Positions 1 to 11,620 of a stretch of DNA of 64,000 nt are shown piece after piece; position 1 is the first letter of the stretch; each line of letters starts with the position of its first letter. The position numbers and the translations under genes are program-made. This DNA is from Octopus vulgaris (lineage: Eukaryota), in assembly GCA_951406725.2 (NCBI GenBank), contig OX597818.1, positions 56,978,001 to 57,042,000 on the forward strand, in the 5' to 3' direction. Below the pieces are notes generated by a model, which ran no database searches, was not told where the DNA came from, and saw only the letters and a list, made by a program, of their open reading frames with translations.

Positions 1-556
1 TTAACCACTACATGGGCAATTATGGAGTGAATTTTAGGGCTTATAAATCTAATATTTTCTTATCCTTCCTTAATACCAGATATGATTACATGAAAGAGGC
101 AGAAATGGTTCAGAAATGGCAGAAATGCCTTGTGGTTCCTTTTCATTATGACTTCAAAACATTCTGAATTTAAAATTGCTTCAGGGTTTGAATGATAAAT
201 TCTAATTAAGACCTGGGGATCAATTAAGTAATTTACTAACCTATATTTTTCTTTCACTCCATCATAAATTTGTGATGTCGACCTTAGGTTAGAAATATGC
301 ATTGTAAGAAAGAAGTTGATAGTAGAATTAGGTGAGTGTCAGAGAAAATTCTGGCAAATGGTAGAATTATACACATTAAAAAAAAATTTCCATTCTGAAA
401 AGATGCAAACCTTTCTAAGTTTCGCTTTAAACTTTCATTTTTTTTTTTAAATGTCATTTTCTAAAACTGTAAACAGGATGTTAGTTCTTTTCCGCTTTAG
501 GCAGGGCGGAGACATTATAACGTTAAAATAAAATTTATTTAAGGAAAATAGTTTTT

Positions 557-781
557 TTACTCTTTTACTCTTTTACTTGCTTCAGTCATTTGACTGTGGC
601 CATGCTGGAGCATCGCCTTTAGTCGAACAAATGGACCCCAGGACTTATTCTTTGTAAGCCCAGTACTTATGCTATCGGTCTCTTTTGCCGAACCGCTAAG
701 TTACAGGGATGTAAACACACCAGCATCGGTTGTCAAGTTATGTCGGGGGACAAACACAGACACACAAACGTATACACACAC

Positions 782-842
<61 letters not shown>

Positions 843-1018
843 CATACATATATACGTCGAGCTTCTTTCAGTTTCCGTCTACCAAATCCACTCACAAGGC
901 TTTGGCTGACCTGAAGCTATAGTAGAAGACACTTGCTTCAAGGTGCCACGCAGTGGGAATGAACCCGGAACCATGTGGTTGGTAAGCGAGTTACTTGCCA
1001 CATAGCCACTCCTGCACC
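557..1018 (-). mobile_element. tRNA-derived SINE family A (internal TA/CA microsatellite, (AAGAGTA)n-type tail)
   Basis: Head GGCGCAGGAGTGGCTGTGTGGTAAG...GGGTTCA(G)TCCC with A- and B-box-like motifs. Near-identical copies at about 14740-15117(-), 24482-24915(-), 34317-34742(-), 47015-47443(+), 49487-49877(-), 50765-51244(+), 55095-55550(-), 57070-57480(-), 58566-58982(-), 60128-60533(+) and 61203-61595(-), plus partial copies. Confidence 0.85.
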
Positions 1019-1320
1019 TTTTTTGTAGAACATTTAAAAAAAAACCAAATTAGGTGATTATTTTGTTTTTGGATTTGGTTTGCAAGATTCTTTATATGAG
1101 TTCGTGTGTTGAAGCATATTCTGTTGTGTCTGAGGAGAGTCATTTTCTTTTTGTGCCTTATATTGTAACACACTCACCGGTAAAATTTCCACTTTTTTCT
1201 TATTTTTATTTTCCTAAAGTTTTCGTTGCGTCTTGCAACCTTTTCAATAGTCTTGACTCTGTCCGTTATTTTCAAGACTATTGAAAAGGTTGCAAGATGC
1301 AACGAAAATTTTAGGAAAAT

Positions 1321-1742
1321 CATCATCATCATCATTTAGCGTCCGCTTTCCATGCTAGCATGGGTTGGACGGTTCAACTGGGGTCTGTGAAGCCAGAAGG
1401 CTGCATCAGGCCCAGTCTGATCTGGCAGTGTTTCTACGGCTGGATGCCCTTCCTAACGCCAACCACTCCATGAGTGTAGTGGGTGCTTTTTACATGCTAC
1501 CCGCAAAGGTGCCAGACGGAGCTGGCAAACAGCTATGGACGGATGGTGCATTTTACGTGCCACTGGCACGGGGGCCAGGCAAGGCTGGCAACGGCCATGA
1601 TTGGATGGTGCTTTTTACATGCCACCGGCACGGGGGCCAGGCGAGACTTGCAACGGCCACGATCGGATGGTGCTTTTTACGTGCCACCGGCACAGGGGCC
1701 AGACGAGGCTGGCAACGGCCACGAACGGATGGTGCTTTTTAA
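1321..1742 (-). mobile_element. RTE 3'-UTR fragment (family C) with about four 62-bp tandem units
   Basis: (CAT)n end and homology to 11250-11620. Similar fragments at about 2773-3105, 8800-9110, 9220-9460, 12660-13190, 15280-15668, 17020-17510, 37187-37540, 42185-42630, 51773-52078, 56355-56670 and 57910-58155. Confidence 0.8.
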
Positions 1743-1879
1743 GTGGCAATTTCACCGGTGAGTGTGTTAAATTATAAGGCACAAAAAGAAAATGACTCTC
1801 CCCAGACGCAACAGTCTATGTTTCTTTACTGTATTTATACAGGAACAAACCTTATGTCCCACATATTTGGCTGCTATGT

Positions 1880-2215
1880 TGCTATGCCGTGTGTCATGAG
1901 ACCCCATTGTCTTAGCTGGGAATTTCATTTACTGCCACATTCCTAATTAATCATCATGATCTTCAGCAGATATTGATATTGTGTTTCAGGACTTGTCTTA
2001 TATCACACTTCAGTTTGATGGCTAAATTGTGGAATGGTCCTATTAAAAGTGTTTTATATTAGAAATGAAATTGAAATATTTCTAAGAGAGAAGAACCAAC
2101 CAGAACTGCTATTTCTTCTTCTTCTTCTTCTTCACTTCTTTTCCTTCTTCTTCTTCTTCTTCTTCTTCTTCTTCTTCTTCTTCTTCTTCTTCTTCTTCTT
2201 CTTCTTCTTCTTCTT

Positions 2216-2246
<31 letters not shown>

Positions 2247-3330
2247 TTATTATTTATTATTATTATTATTATTATTAGCAAATGGTGACAAGCTATAGAG
2301 ATTAACATTTCTATGGATTTGACAGGCTTGGTCACATGAACCAATTTAATCTAAAATTTGCAAGGAGCGGGGGGGGGGGCGTCGAGAAACAATTTGATCT
2401 GTGATCTATTCACACAATCATCAAGGTATTCAAGGTAGAAGTTTCGTTACTTGAAGCCCAGGTAAAGATTAATAATTTGGCTCGTTTCCCATGTTTTGAG
2501 GAATTTCGTCGAGAAAGTGGAACAAATTTTTTCTTCTTCATTTGTGAAAGAAATAATTCATTTCTGAATTAAGGAGAGTCATTTCTCAAGAGCACTTTTC
2601 CAATAACGGTGATGCCAAAGTGGAAGAAATCAGGTTTTTCCTGAATTCATTAAACTTTAGCTGTGTAGAACTCCCACATGAATTTCGGTTAGAACTGATA
2701 TCCTGCCAATCAAACATCATATTAAAAAACATGCATAAAAAAGCAAATTTAATCAACTTTTATATGTTTTTTCATCATCATCATCATCATCATTTAACGT
2801 CCGCTTTCCATGCTGGCATGGGTTGGACGGTTCGACCGGGGTCTGGTAAGCCATGGAGGCTGCACCAGGCTCTAGTCTAATTTCTACAGAGTTTCTACAG
2901 CTGGATGCCTTTCCTAACGCCAACCACTCTGTGAGTGTAGTGGGTGTTTTTTATGTGCCACCGGCACAGGGGCCAGAGCGGGCTGGCAAACGACCACGAT
3001 CGATTGGTGCTTTTACGTATCACCGACACAGATTCCAGTCAGGTGGCGCTGGCATCTGCCACGTTTGGACGGTGCTTTTTACGCGTCACCGGCACGGGTG
3101 TCTTAACTAAAGTATTTCCTCATTTGAAAAATTTTATTCGGGCTTTTCTTTCAGTACTTAGTACCACGTATTTGTGTGAGCAAACTTCTTTAAAATTTCT
3201 TAAGAACAAAACTTCTGTTCTGAGACAAATTTATCCAATGACCATTTAATGTTGATTTTCATATTGGTTCTCTGAAAATGAAGCCTGGAATTAATGACAT
3301 TTCGAAATTATAAACCGTTGTCATACTTTG
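1880..3330 (+). pseudogene. Degenerate hAT (Buster/Charlie/SPIN, GTF2IRD2-like) transposase fossil, interrupted by (CTT)n/(ATT)n and an RTE 3' fragment
   Basis: Fragmented peptides DLSYHTSV*WLNCGMVLLKVFYIRNEIEIFLREKNQPEL, ELPHEFRLELISCQSN and FPHLKNFIRAFLSVLSTTYLCEQ match the YHTxVRWLS, QMELIDLQ and STYLCEQxFS motifs of this family, in the correct order. Confidence 0.75.
2112..2277. repeat. (CTT)n then (ATT)n microsatellite
   Basis: Directly visible. Confidence 0.95.
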
Positions 3331-4099
3331 CCTTAATTCCCATACACATTTTAATTTCCTTCCGTCATTTAAGAAATATATTGAAAGAAATGATTTTTAT
3401 GAAATGGATGAAAATAAATATTTTTGCTAATTATGGTAAACTTATATGGCTTGGTTGATAATTTCATATTCCTGTTTTTGATTTTGAAAATGGTTGCATG
3501 AAAACATCAAATACGTAAAGTAGATATAATCTTACAGGAATTGATGTATTATATGTGTGTGTGTGTATGTATTCACTTTTCTTTCAATGATCAAAAATTA
3601 ACTTCTAACTAAAAAAATAGATGATTGATTAGACACATTAACACCCAAACACCCTTATATCCCTATAACCTTTTATCCTTTAAGGCGGCAAGCTGGCAGA
3701 CACGTCAGCGCGCTGGGCAAAATGCTTAGCGGTATTTTGTTTGTCGTTACTTTCTGAGTTCAAGTTCCGCCGAGGTCGACTTTGCCTTTCATCCTTTCGG
3801 GGTCAATAAATAAAGTACCAGTTTCGCACTGGGGTCGATGTAATCATCTTAGTTCCTTTGTCTGTCCTTGTTTGTCCTCTCTGTGTTTAGCCCCTTGAGG
3901 GCAATCAAGAAATATATTACCTTTTATCCTTTTCTATCCCCTTTTTTATACATCTGTTCCCCTAATGTGTGTCCAAGAAGCCAAATTATCATTTCACATA
4001 GCTCCACTTTCTGCAGAAATGCGACTTCCCAAAGATTATATAAAACCCAAAAGAAACCCAAATGTAGGGCAGTTCAATGCAGGCTAACAGGCTGAAACT

Positions 4100-4880
4100 T
4101 CGAAGTCACTGTCTGGGCTGAGGACTTGATGAGGATGCTGGGGTTAGAGGAATTGGTGGAACAGCTGGCAAGGGCGAATGGAGGGTGGTGGTATGGACAT
4201 GTGACCATAAGGCGGCGAACTGGCAGAATCGTTAGCACGCTGAGCAAAATGCCTAGCGGTATTTCGTATGTCTTTATGTTCTGAGTTCAAATTCCGCCGA
4301 GGTCGACTTTGTCCTTCATCGTTTCGGGGTCAATAAATTAAGTACCAGTTATGCACTGGGGTCAATGTAATTGACTTAATCCCTTTGTCTGTCCTTGTTT
4401 GTCCTCTTTGTTTGTAGCCCCTTGTGGGTAGTAAAGAAATAGGTATTTCCCCTGTCTTTATGTTCTGAGTTCAAATTCCGCCGAGGTCCACTTTGCCCTT
4501 CATCCTTTCGGGGGTCGATAAATTAAGTACCAGTTACGCACTGGGGTCGATATAATCGACTTAATCCATTTGTCTGCCCTTGTTTGTCCCCTCTGTGTTT
4601 AGCCCCTTGTGGGCAATAAAGAAATAGGTATGGACATGTGTCGAGGAGGGACCAGGATCATGTTCTGGGGAGAGTGCTTGAGTTTAAAGTGAATTAACCG
4701 CGAAAGCAAGGGTGACCAAAGAAAATGTGGAGGGGACAGATGGAGGAGGAGATTGGGAGGGTTGACTTGAAGAAGAAGGAGGACACCCAAAACTGGGCGA
4801 GATGGTGCGAGAGCTGTTGGTGTAAGAGTGAGGTAGATCTGGCCACCTCTGTTGACGGGGACAAACCTGGATTTAAAATT
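4100..4880 (+). mobile_element. Degenerate RTE-clade LINE C-terminal fragment, split by SINE B
   Basis: Joining across the insertion gives ...ARANGGWWYGHVSRRDQDHVLGRVLEF...G*PKKMW..., the RTE 'RWYGHVxR...GRPxxxW' motif. Confidence 0.65.
4204..4626 (+). mobile_element. tRNA-SINE family B dimer inserted in an RTE LINE fragment
   Basis: Head aggcggcgaactggcagaatcgttagc, B-box gagttcaaattcc, core gcctttcatcctttcggggtcgataaattaagtaccag. Flanked by the direct repeat ggtatggacatgtg (4190-4203 and 4627-4640). Confidence 0.85.
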
Positions 4881-5017
4881 GTCGGACATCGAAATGCTTG
4901 TTAAACTGATCTTTACTGTTGTTGTTGTTGTTGTTAATGATTATCGTCTTTGATAATTTTCTCTTCTTTATTTATCTCATATTTTCTATATTTTTTTCTT
5001 TTCTTTTGTGTTTGCAG

Positions 5018-5098
5018 TTGTCTCTTGATATGCATTATACAGAAGATAATATCTATGAATTATCGCTCGCACGGGAGCCTCGGTCATCATTGAGTGCA
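5018..5098 (+). CDS. RasGRP: RasGRP-family gene, first exon visible in window (end of CDC25 GEF domain): LSLDMHYTEDNIYELSLAREPRSSLSA
   Basis: Polypyrimidine tract plus tttgcag acceptor at 5017 and gtaagt donor at 5099; 81 nt, phase 0/0. The peptide closely resembles the [22 protein letters not shown] segment of vertebrate RasGRP1, recalled from memory. Confidence 0.93.
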
Positions 5099-5317
5099 GT
5101 AAGTCATTCTATATCAACCTCTTTCACTTTCGCCATTTCTTCTTCTTGTCTTCTGTTTTATTTTGCTGTTGTCGATGCTCTCAGACATAAATACGGGAAC
5201 AAAATTTGCTCAGGAGGTGCAAACCCAGGTCCTAACTTTTAAAAAAAAGTAGTCGATATTTTCAGTTTTAATACCAAAATAAAGACAGATACAATAATAA
5301 TAATAATGATAATTTTT

Positions 5318-5740
5318 GGCATCCTTTTGTCTTGGGAGACAATGGAGTTGTGCATAAACTAATCCAGTCTGGTTTTTACATTTCATGTCCTCTCCAGTTT
5401 CCTCTCCAGTTTTGCGCAGGCCTCGACTAGATGTAAGAAAATCCTGGGTAGCCCAATCGTCAGGATTCCTCTCTTGACCTTTCTGACGTAGTCCAAAGGA
5501 GTGCAGAGCATTATGTTTGGCACCTGCTTGGTTGCAGGAGCTGCCGGAAGAGTGTCGAGTCGAACACTAAACCGCCTATGGGGCTCCACTCCGGATTTCT
5601 TTGAAGGTTGTCTCCTTTCCGTAACCCTGGATAGGGGCCCATACCAGGTACTGTCAGCCGGAGCCAGCTGAGCCTGGGACTCATGTCAGGCAGGGTCGTC
5701 ATTCCCTGAAGTAGTGAATAAAATCGCTACCCACTACCTA
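5318..5740 (-). mobile_element. ~400-bp dispersed repeat, probably a non-autonomous retroelement; second copy at 9980-10372
   Basis: Two similar copies in the same orientation, each bounded by microsatellites. No coding potential. Family assignment and strand are uncertain. Confidence 0.55.
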
Positions 5741-5789
<49 letters not shown>

Positions 5790-6180
5790 GTAACAAGAGC
5801 ACAAATCTCTGCCAAGGCAACACCAACGTCCTCTCAACGATTGAACAGAGATGATTTTTAAAATGAGAATGTCTGAAATAAACTTGATTGCTCTCACAAA
5901 CGAAAATACTAAAAATGAATCCGATTGCTCTCAGAAATTAAGTAAAAAAAAATAAGAGAAATAATCCACAATCTTTGTCCGGTACCAAATCGACCCCAAA
6001 ATCTTATCAGTTTGTGTCAGTTATGAAGCCCATGTGTGCATGGCAAAGCAGACGTCAAAATGACGGTGACGGCGTGACACGATGACAACGATGACGACGA
6101 CGCTGCTGATGCCGCATCCAACATTGAAATGTCTCTAAATCTCTCTTTCTATGTGTCTCTATGTGTTTTGTGTTTTGCAG

Positions 6181-6282
6181 CCAGTTACTCCTACAAAGCC
6201 TGTTGTGTTCGCTGACTGGGTTGCAGGAGTAAGTCCACCAGATGCTGAAACGATAAACAAACACGTGCATAACATGGTGGAG
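6181..6282 (+). CDS. RasGRP: RasGRP exon: PVTPTKPVVFADWVAGVSPPDAETINKHVHNMVE (GEF-EF linker)
   Basis: tgttttgcag acceptor and gtaagt donor at 6283; 102 nt, phase 0/0. Matches the RasGRP TPSKPPVVVDWASGV...KHVQRMV linker. Confidence 0.93.
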
Positions 6283-6295
6283 GTAAGTTTCTTTA

Positions 6296-7161
6296 CAGTT
6301 CTATATTTAAGAGATGAGGAATTATGAACATTATTTACATTGTTTACATTTGACGGATGTTTGTCCTCATTTTGTTTGTTGTTAACACAGCGTTTCGGCT
6401 GATATACCCTCCAGCCTTCTTCAGGTGTCTTGGAGAAATTTCAAACCTGGGTTCTCATTCCTAAAAGGATTTGAAAATATTAGATTTATAAGCCCTAAAA
6501 TTCACTCCATTATTGCCTACAAGCATATGGCGTAGTGGTTAAGAGCACGGGTTACTAACCCTAAGATTCTGAGTTCAATTCCAGGCAGATATTAATAATA
6601 ATAATGTTTAGTCTTGGTATAAAAGATGGGCTACAGATTTGACCATAACCAGTTGAGCATCATGTCCTGTAGTGATGATATGATGATATGAGCAGAAGTA
6701 GTAGGGGAGCATCATAGTAGCAGAAGTAGTAGCGGAGCCATGTGTTGAGAGGGATTATTTGGGGTTTGAATAATTGACCTCTGGATATCCTTAGACAACC
6801 CTTATTCAGAGACCTTTTGAACAGGATGGGTTACTCAACCAGAATAAAATTCTAACTGGGCTCCACCTGCAAGGTCATGTGCTATTTATCTTGCACATAT
6901 GGTTGTGGTGCATGTGCCTGGTGTACCCTTATCAGACGGTTAGTCATGATGGGTATATCGGGCTATGTATATTTGTACCCCAGGATCACTTTGATGGCAT
7001 GAACTGCTCTCTCACTCAACAATAATAATAACAATAATAATAATAATAATAATAAATACCTTAGGAATGAGAATCCAGGAGGGTATATCAGCCAAAACGC
7101 TGTGTTAACAGCAAACAAGAAGAGGACAAATATCTGTCGAATGTAAATAATATAAATAATA
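6296..7161. mobile_element. Penelope-like composite insertion A: inverted hammerhead-like termini flanking a tRNA-like head, (AAT)n and a nested repeat
   Basis: Left arm 6296-6463 is the reverse complement of right arm 7057-7161, which has an internal deletion. tRNA-like A box tggcgtagtgg at 6528 and B box gagttcaattcc at 6571. Imperfect 12-bp TSD taagtttcttta/taagtttctatg. Confidence 0.65.
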
Positions 7162-7740
7162 TAAGTTTCTATGTAAAATGTCACAAATAAATGAGGATTC
7201 ACTCACACATGCATAGACACACAAACTCCTTGCCCCACAGCCATGCCTACACCTGTGTACAAGAGTGAAACTAAGTCCTAGAGTTGTTATCATCACCTAT
7301 AAACCTATGGATGCGATGCTCCAGCATGACTGATCTAGATTGCTTGAAACCAGTAAAAATGTATAGAATATGTGTGTGTGTGTGTGTGTAGTGGATCCAG
7401 GTCACGTAATGTGGAGTAAGGCATGAAATGATGAGAAAGTAAGGAAGGTGTGTGATTTCCATAGCTTTTCGAATGGACTCCCTGCCAGCTTTTGATATTG
7501 GCCATGGAAAGAATTTGACATTTGTTTTCTCATGTAACAGTGGGAGTGGGGGTGGTGGCGGTGAGAGTGGTGTTTTGATAGATAGATATATAGATAGAGA
7601 TAGATAGAGAGAGACAGAGTAAGAGACACAGAGAGAAGAAAATGACTTCAACAGTTAACTCCCTTGTGGGTTTTTCTTATGAAATAGCTCTGTTGACATG
7701 GAAAAAAAAAATAGGACAAATATCTTAAATTCCAGATGCA

Positions 7741-7777
<37 letters not shown>

Positions 7778-8301
7778 CAGCAATAACAACAAGAACAATA
7801 ATTTTTTTTTATATTTGTTTTGCTTTTTCTTTGTTTATTTTCATCATCATTGTCTTTATAATTTTTTTTTTATTTGGCATTGAGATGGCAGAGTCGTTAG
7901 CAGGTCGGGCAAAAATGCTGAGCTGAATTTCTTTCAGTGTTTTACGTCCTGAGTTCAAATTCTGCTGGGGGGGTCAACTTTGCTTTCACCCTTTCAGGAT
8001 TGATAAAATAAAGTACCAGAAAAATATTGGGGTCAATGTAATCGAGTAGCCCCTTCTGCCAAATTTCAGGCCTTGTGCCGATTCTTTTACATGTTTCACT
8101 CATTTGACTGCGGCCATGCTGGAGCACCGGCTTTGGTCGAACAAATCAACCTCAGGACTTATTCTTTGTAAGCCTAGTTACTTATTCTATTGGCCCCTTT
8201 TGCCAAACTGCTAAGTTATGGAAATGTAAGCACACCAGTATCGGTTGTTAAGCGATGTTGCGAGGTGGGACAGACGCAGACATACAAGCATATACACACA
8301 C

Positions 8302-8332
<31 letters not shown>

Positions 8333-10373
8333 AACCAGGACAAAACAGACAAAAGGGTCCCTGCTGCAGCTCTCCAGCTTGCCAGCTCCAGTCAAACTGT
8401 CCAACCCATGCCAGCATGGAAAACAGACATTAAATGATGAGAGAAGTGTCCATGTGCCAGGTGAGAGATTGGAGTATAGTTAAGGGGTGGCTACCCTTCA
8501 TCTTCTACACCCCTGTGTAGAAGATGAAGGGTAGAAACAGAAGACAGAATAAGAATGGGGACAGGACAATGATTTTTTGGGAGTTTTCAGTTTTATTGAC
8601 TGGAATTCAAATTAAAAATTTAAGAAATAAGAAAACCAAAAAGGATGTGTAGTCAAGAAACCTGCTTCCCAACCACATGGTTCTGGGTTCAGTCCCATGG
8701 CATGGCACCTTGGGCAAGTATCTTCTACTACAGTCCTTAACTGACCAAATCATGTAAGTGGATTTGTTACATAGAAATGTCCCCGCGTCCCCCTATCACT
8801 TAACAACAAATGACTGACTCCTGTGCTGGTGGCACATAAAAAGCACCATTCGAGCATGATCGTTGCCAGTGCCACCTGACTGGCTCACATGCTGCTGGCA
8901 CGTAAAAAGCACCTTTCAAGCATGGTCGATGCCAGTACTGCCTGACTGGCCCCCATGCCAGTGGCATGTAAAAAGCACCCACTGCACTCCCAGAGTGGTT
9001 GGTATTAGGAAGGGCATCCAACTGTAGAAACATTGCCAATCCCCAGTCACACCATCAAACCCATGCCAGCATGGAAAGCGGATGTTAAATGACGATGAAG
9101 ATGATGATGAAATTGTGTGAAATCCTGTCACATATGGGCATGTGTGAAGCCCTACTGACAACTGCTGTTGGTTTGTTTACACCCCTGTAACTATCAGACT
9201 TAAAAAATAAGTACTCAGGTAAAAACCACCAACTGATTTGTGGCCGTTGCCAGCCTCCTCTGGCACCTGTGCTGGTGGCACGTAAAAAGCACCATCCGTA
9301 TGTGGTCGATGCCAGCGTCACATTGACTGGCTTCTGTACCAGTGGCACGTATAAAACACCAACTGATCGTGGCCGTTTGCCAGCCTCCCCTGGCACCTGT
9401 GCCAGTGACACGTAAAAAGCACCCACTACACTCACAGAGTGGTTGATGATGATGATGATGTAGATTTCTTTGACTTAATCCTTCAAGGTAGTGCCCCAGC
9501 ATGGTCACAGTCCAATGACTGAAACAAATAAAAGATGAAAGATAAAAAAAAAAACTTAGCAAAAAAAAAAGATAAAATTTAAAAACATAACAAACAATGA
9601 AAATAAACTAGAAAGATTATTATAAAATGCAAAACACTACATAAAAAATGCAACTCTCATGTTTGCTGGAATGAAAAACAAGCTTCTTTAATTCTTAAAT
9701 GTAATAAAAATTGTTATGCATCTTATGAAACCATATCATAGATGTATACCAAGTGCACGATCAACCTTATTGCATTTAAACTAGCCATGTAGGTGCAGAT
9801 AAGCAGCTTGCTTCCCAACCACAGGCTTCCTGGGTTCAGTCCCACTGCATGGTACCTTGGGTAAGTATCTTCTGCTATAGCTTAAGGCCGACCAAAGCCT
9901 TCTGAGTGGATTTGGTAGACAGAAACTGAAAGAAGCCCGTCGTATACATACATACACATATATATATATATATATATTGTTGGCATCTTTTTGTCTCGGG
10001 AGATAATGGAGTTGCGCATAAACTAATCCAGTCTGGTTTTTACATTTCGTGTCCTCTCCTGTTTCCTTTCCAGTCTTGCGCTGACCAGGGCTGGATGTAA
10101 GAAAATCCTGGGTAGCCCAATCGTCAGGGTTCCTCTCCCGACCTTGCTGACATAGTCAAAAGGAGTGCAGAGCATTACGTTTGGCACCAGCTTGGTTGCA
10201 GGAGCTGCCAGAAGAGTGTCGAGTCGAACACTAAACCGCCTATGGGGCTCCGCTCTGGTATGGATAGGGGCCCATACCGGGTACTGTCAGCCGGAACCAG
10301 CTGAGCCTGAGACTTGTGTCAGGCAGGGTCGTCGCTCCCTGAAGTAGTGAAGAAAATCACCACCCACTACCTT

Positions 10374-10412
<39 letters not shown>

Positions 10413-10702
10413 TGTGATCACATGACCGACCAGACCATCAGATGTTGCTACACATCGCTAGTCACAATGTGCTTCGCATTGTTTTAGCCTTTGAATGACG
10501 CCACCCCGCTGGCTAAGCGAGCAGGCCAACAGAAGAAAGAGTGGGAGAAAGAGTGGTGAAAGAGTACAGCAGGGATCACCACCCTCTGCCAGAGCCTCGT
10601 GGAGCTTTTAGGTGGGAATCGAAATGTGATCCTACGACCGCGAGTCTGCTGCTCTAACCACTGGGCCATTGCGCCTCCACATATATATTTATACACACAC
10701 AC

Positions 10703-10745
<43 letters not shown>

Positions 10746-10746
10746 A

Positions 10747-11620
10747 GCTGGACCTAAGAAGCATCAGTTGTGGTGTGCAAGAGAGACGTTTGCGCTGGTA
10801 TGGTCATGTGGCGAGAATGGATGAAGATAGTTGTGTGAAAAAGTGCCACACCCTAGCGGTTGAGGGAACCTGTGGAAGAGGCAGACCCAGGAAAACCTGG
10901 GACGAGGTGGTGAAGCACGACCTTCGAACTTTAGGTCTCACTGAGGAAATGACTAGAGACCGAGACCTCTGGAAGTGTGCTGTGCGCGAGAAGACCCGGC
11001 AGGACAAGTGAGTCCATAACCCGTGGCCTTCTACATGGGATGGAGCCAGCCTACGTATGCATACCTTCCCTTCTTGGGACACAAAACTCTACTTGTGAAG
11101 ACGTGATGAGGCAAGTGAGGATCAGAATCGAAATCGATCAATGGAAATTGCGGATGTGCTACCAGTGCCGGTGGCATGTCAAAACTCTGCTTGTGAAGAC
11201 CCGTTGAGGCAAGTGACGATCAGTATCGAAATCGATCAATGGAAATCGATCAATGGAAATTGCAGATGTGTTACCAGTGCCGGTGGCATGTAAGAGAACT
11301 TTCCGTTTCGCGACTGTTGCCAGCACCACCCCGTTTCGTGTCCGTTGCCAGCCTCGCCTGGCCCTCGTGCCGGTGGCACATAAAAAGCACCATCCGTTCG
11401 TGGCCGTTTGCCAGCTCTGTCTGGCACCAGTGCGGGTGGCACGTAAAAAGCACCCACTACACTCACGGAGTGGTTGGCGTTAGGAAGGGCATCCAGCCGT
11501 AGAAACACTGCCAGATTTGACTGGGCCTGATGAAGCCTTCTGGCTTCACAGACCCCAGTAGAACCGTCCAACCCATGCTAGCATGGAAAGCGGACGCTAA
11601 ACGATGATGATGATGATGAT
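10747..11620 (+). mobile_element. 5'-truncated RTE-clade LINE: ORF C-terminus, 3' UTR with internal ~60-bp repeats, (GAT)n tail
   Basis: ERRLRWYGHVARMDEDSCVKK...GRGRPRKTWDEVVKHDL, then a UTR ending ggaagggcatccagccgtagaaa...gcatggaaagcggacgctaaac(gat)n. Confidence 0.85.

Noticed and set aside
1482-1740. CRISPR-like look of regularly spaced ggtgctttttacgtgccaccggcac repeats
   Set aside because: The 'spacers' are homologous to one another, the array is part of a LINE 3' UTR, no cas genes are present, and the DNA is eukaryotic.
1-5017. Search for upstream RasGRP REM/CDC25 exons
   Set aside because: None is recognisable. The region is explained by TEs, so earlier exons presumably lie before the window.
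5318-5740. Possible HDV-like ribozyme in this repeat family, as some RTE 5' ends carry one
   Set aside because: I could not build the nested double pseudoknot by eye; it needs a descriptor or covariance-model search.
6523-6590. Possible tRNA gene (also the many SINE heads)
   Set aside because: A and B boxes are present but no convincing cloverleaf or acceptor stem. It is embedded in a dispersed repeat.
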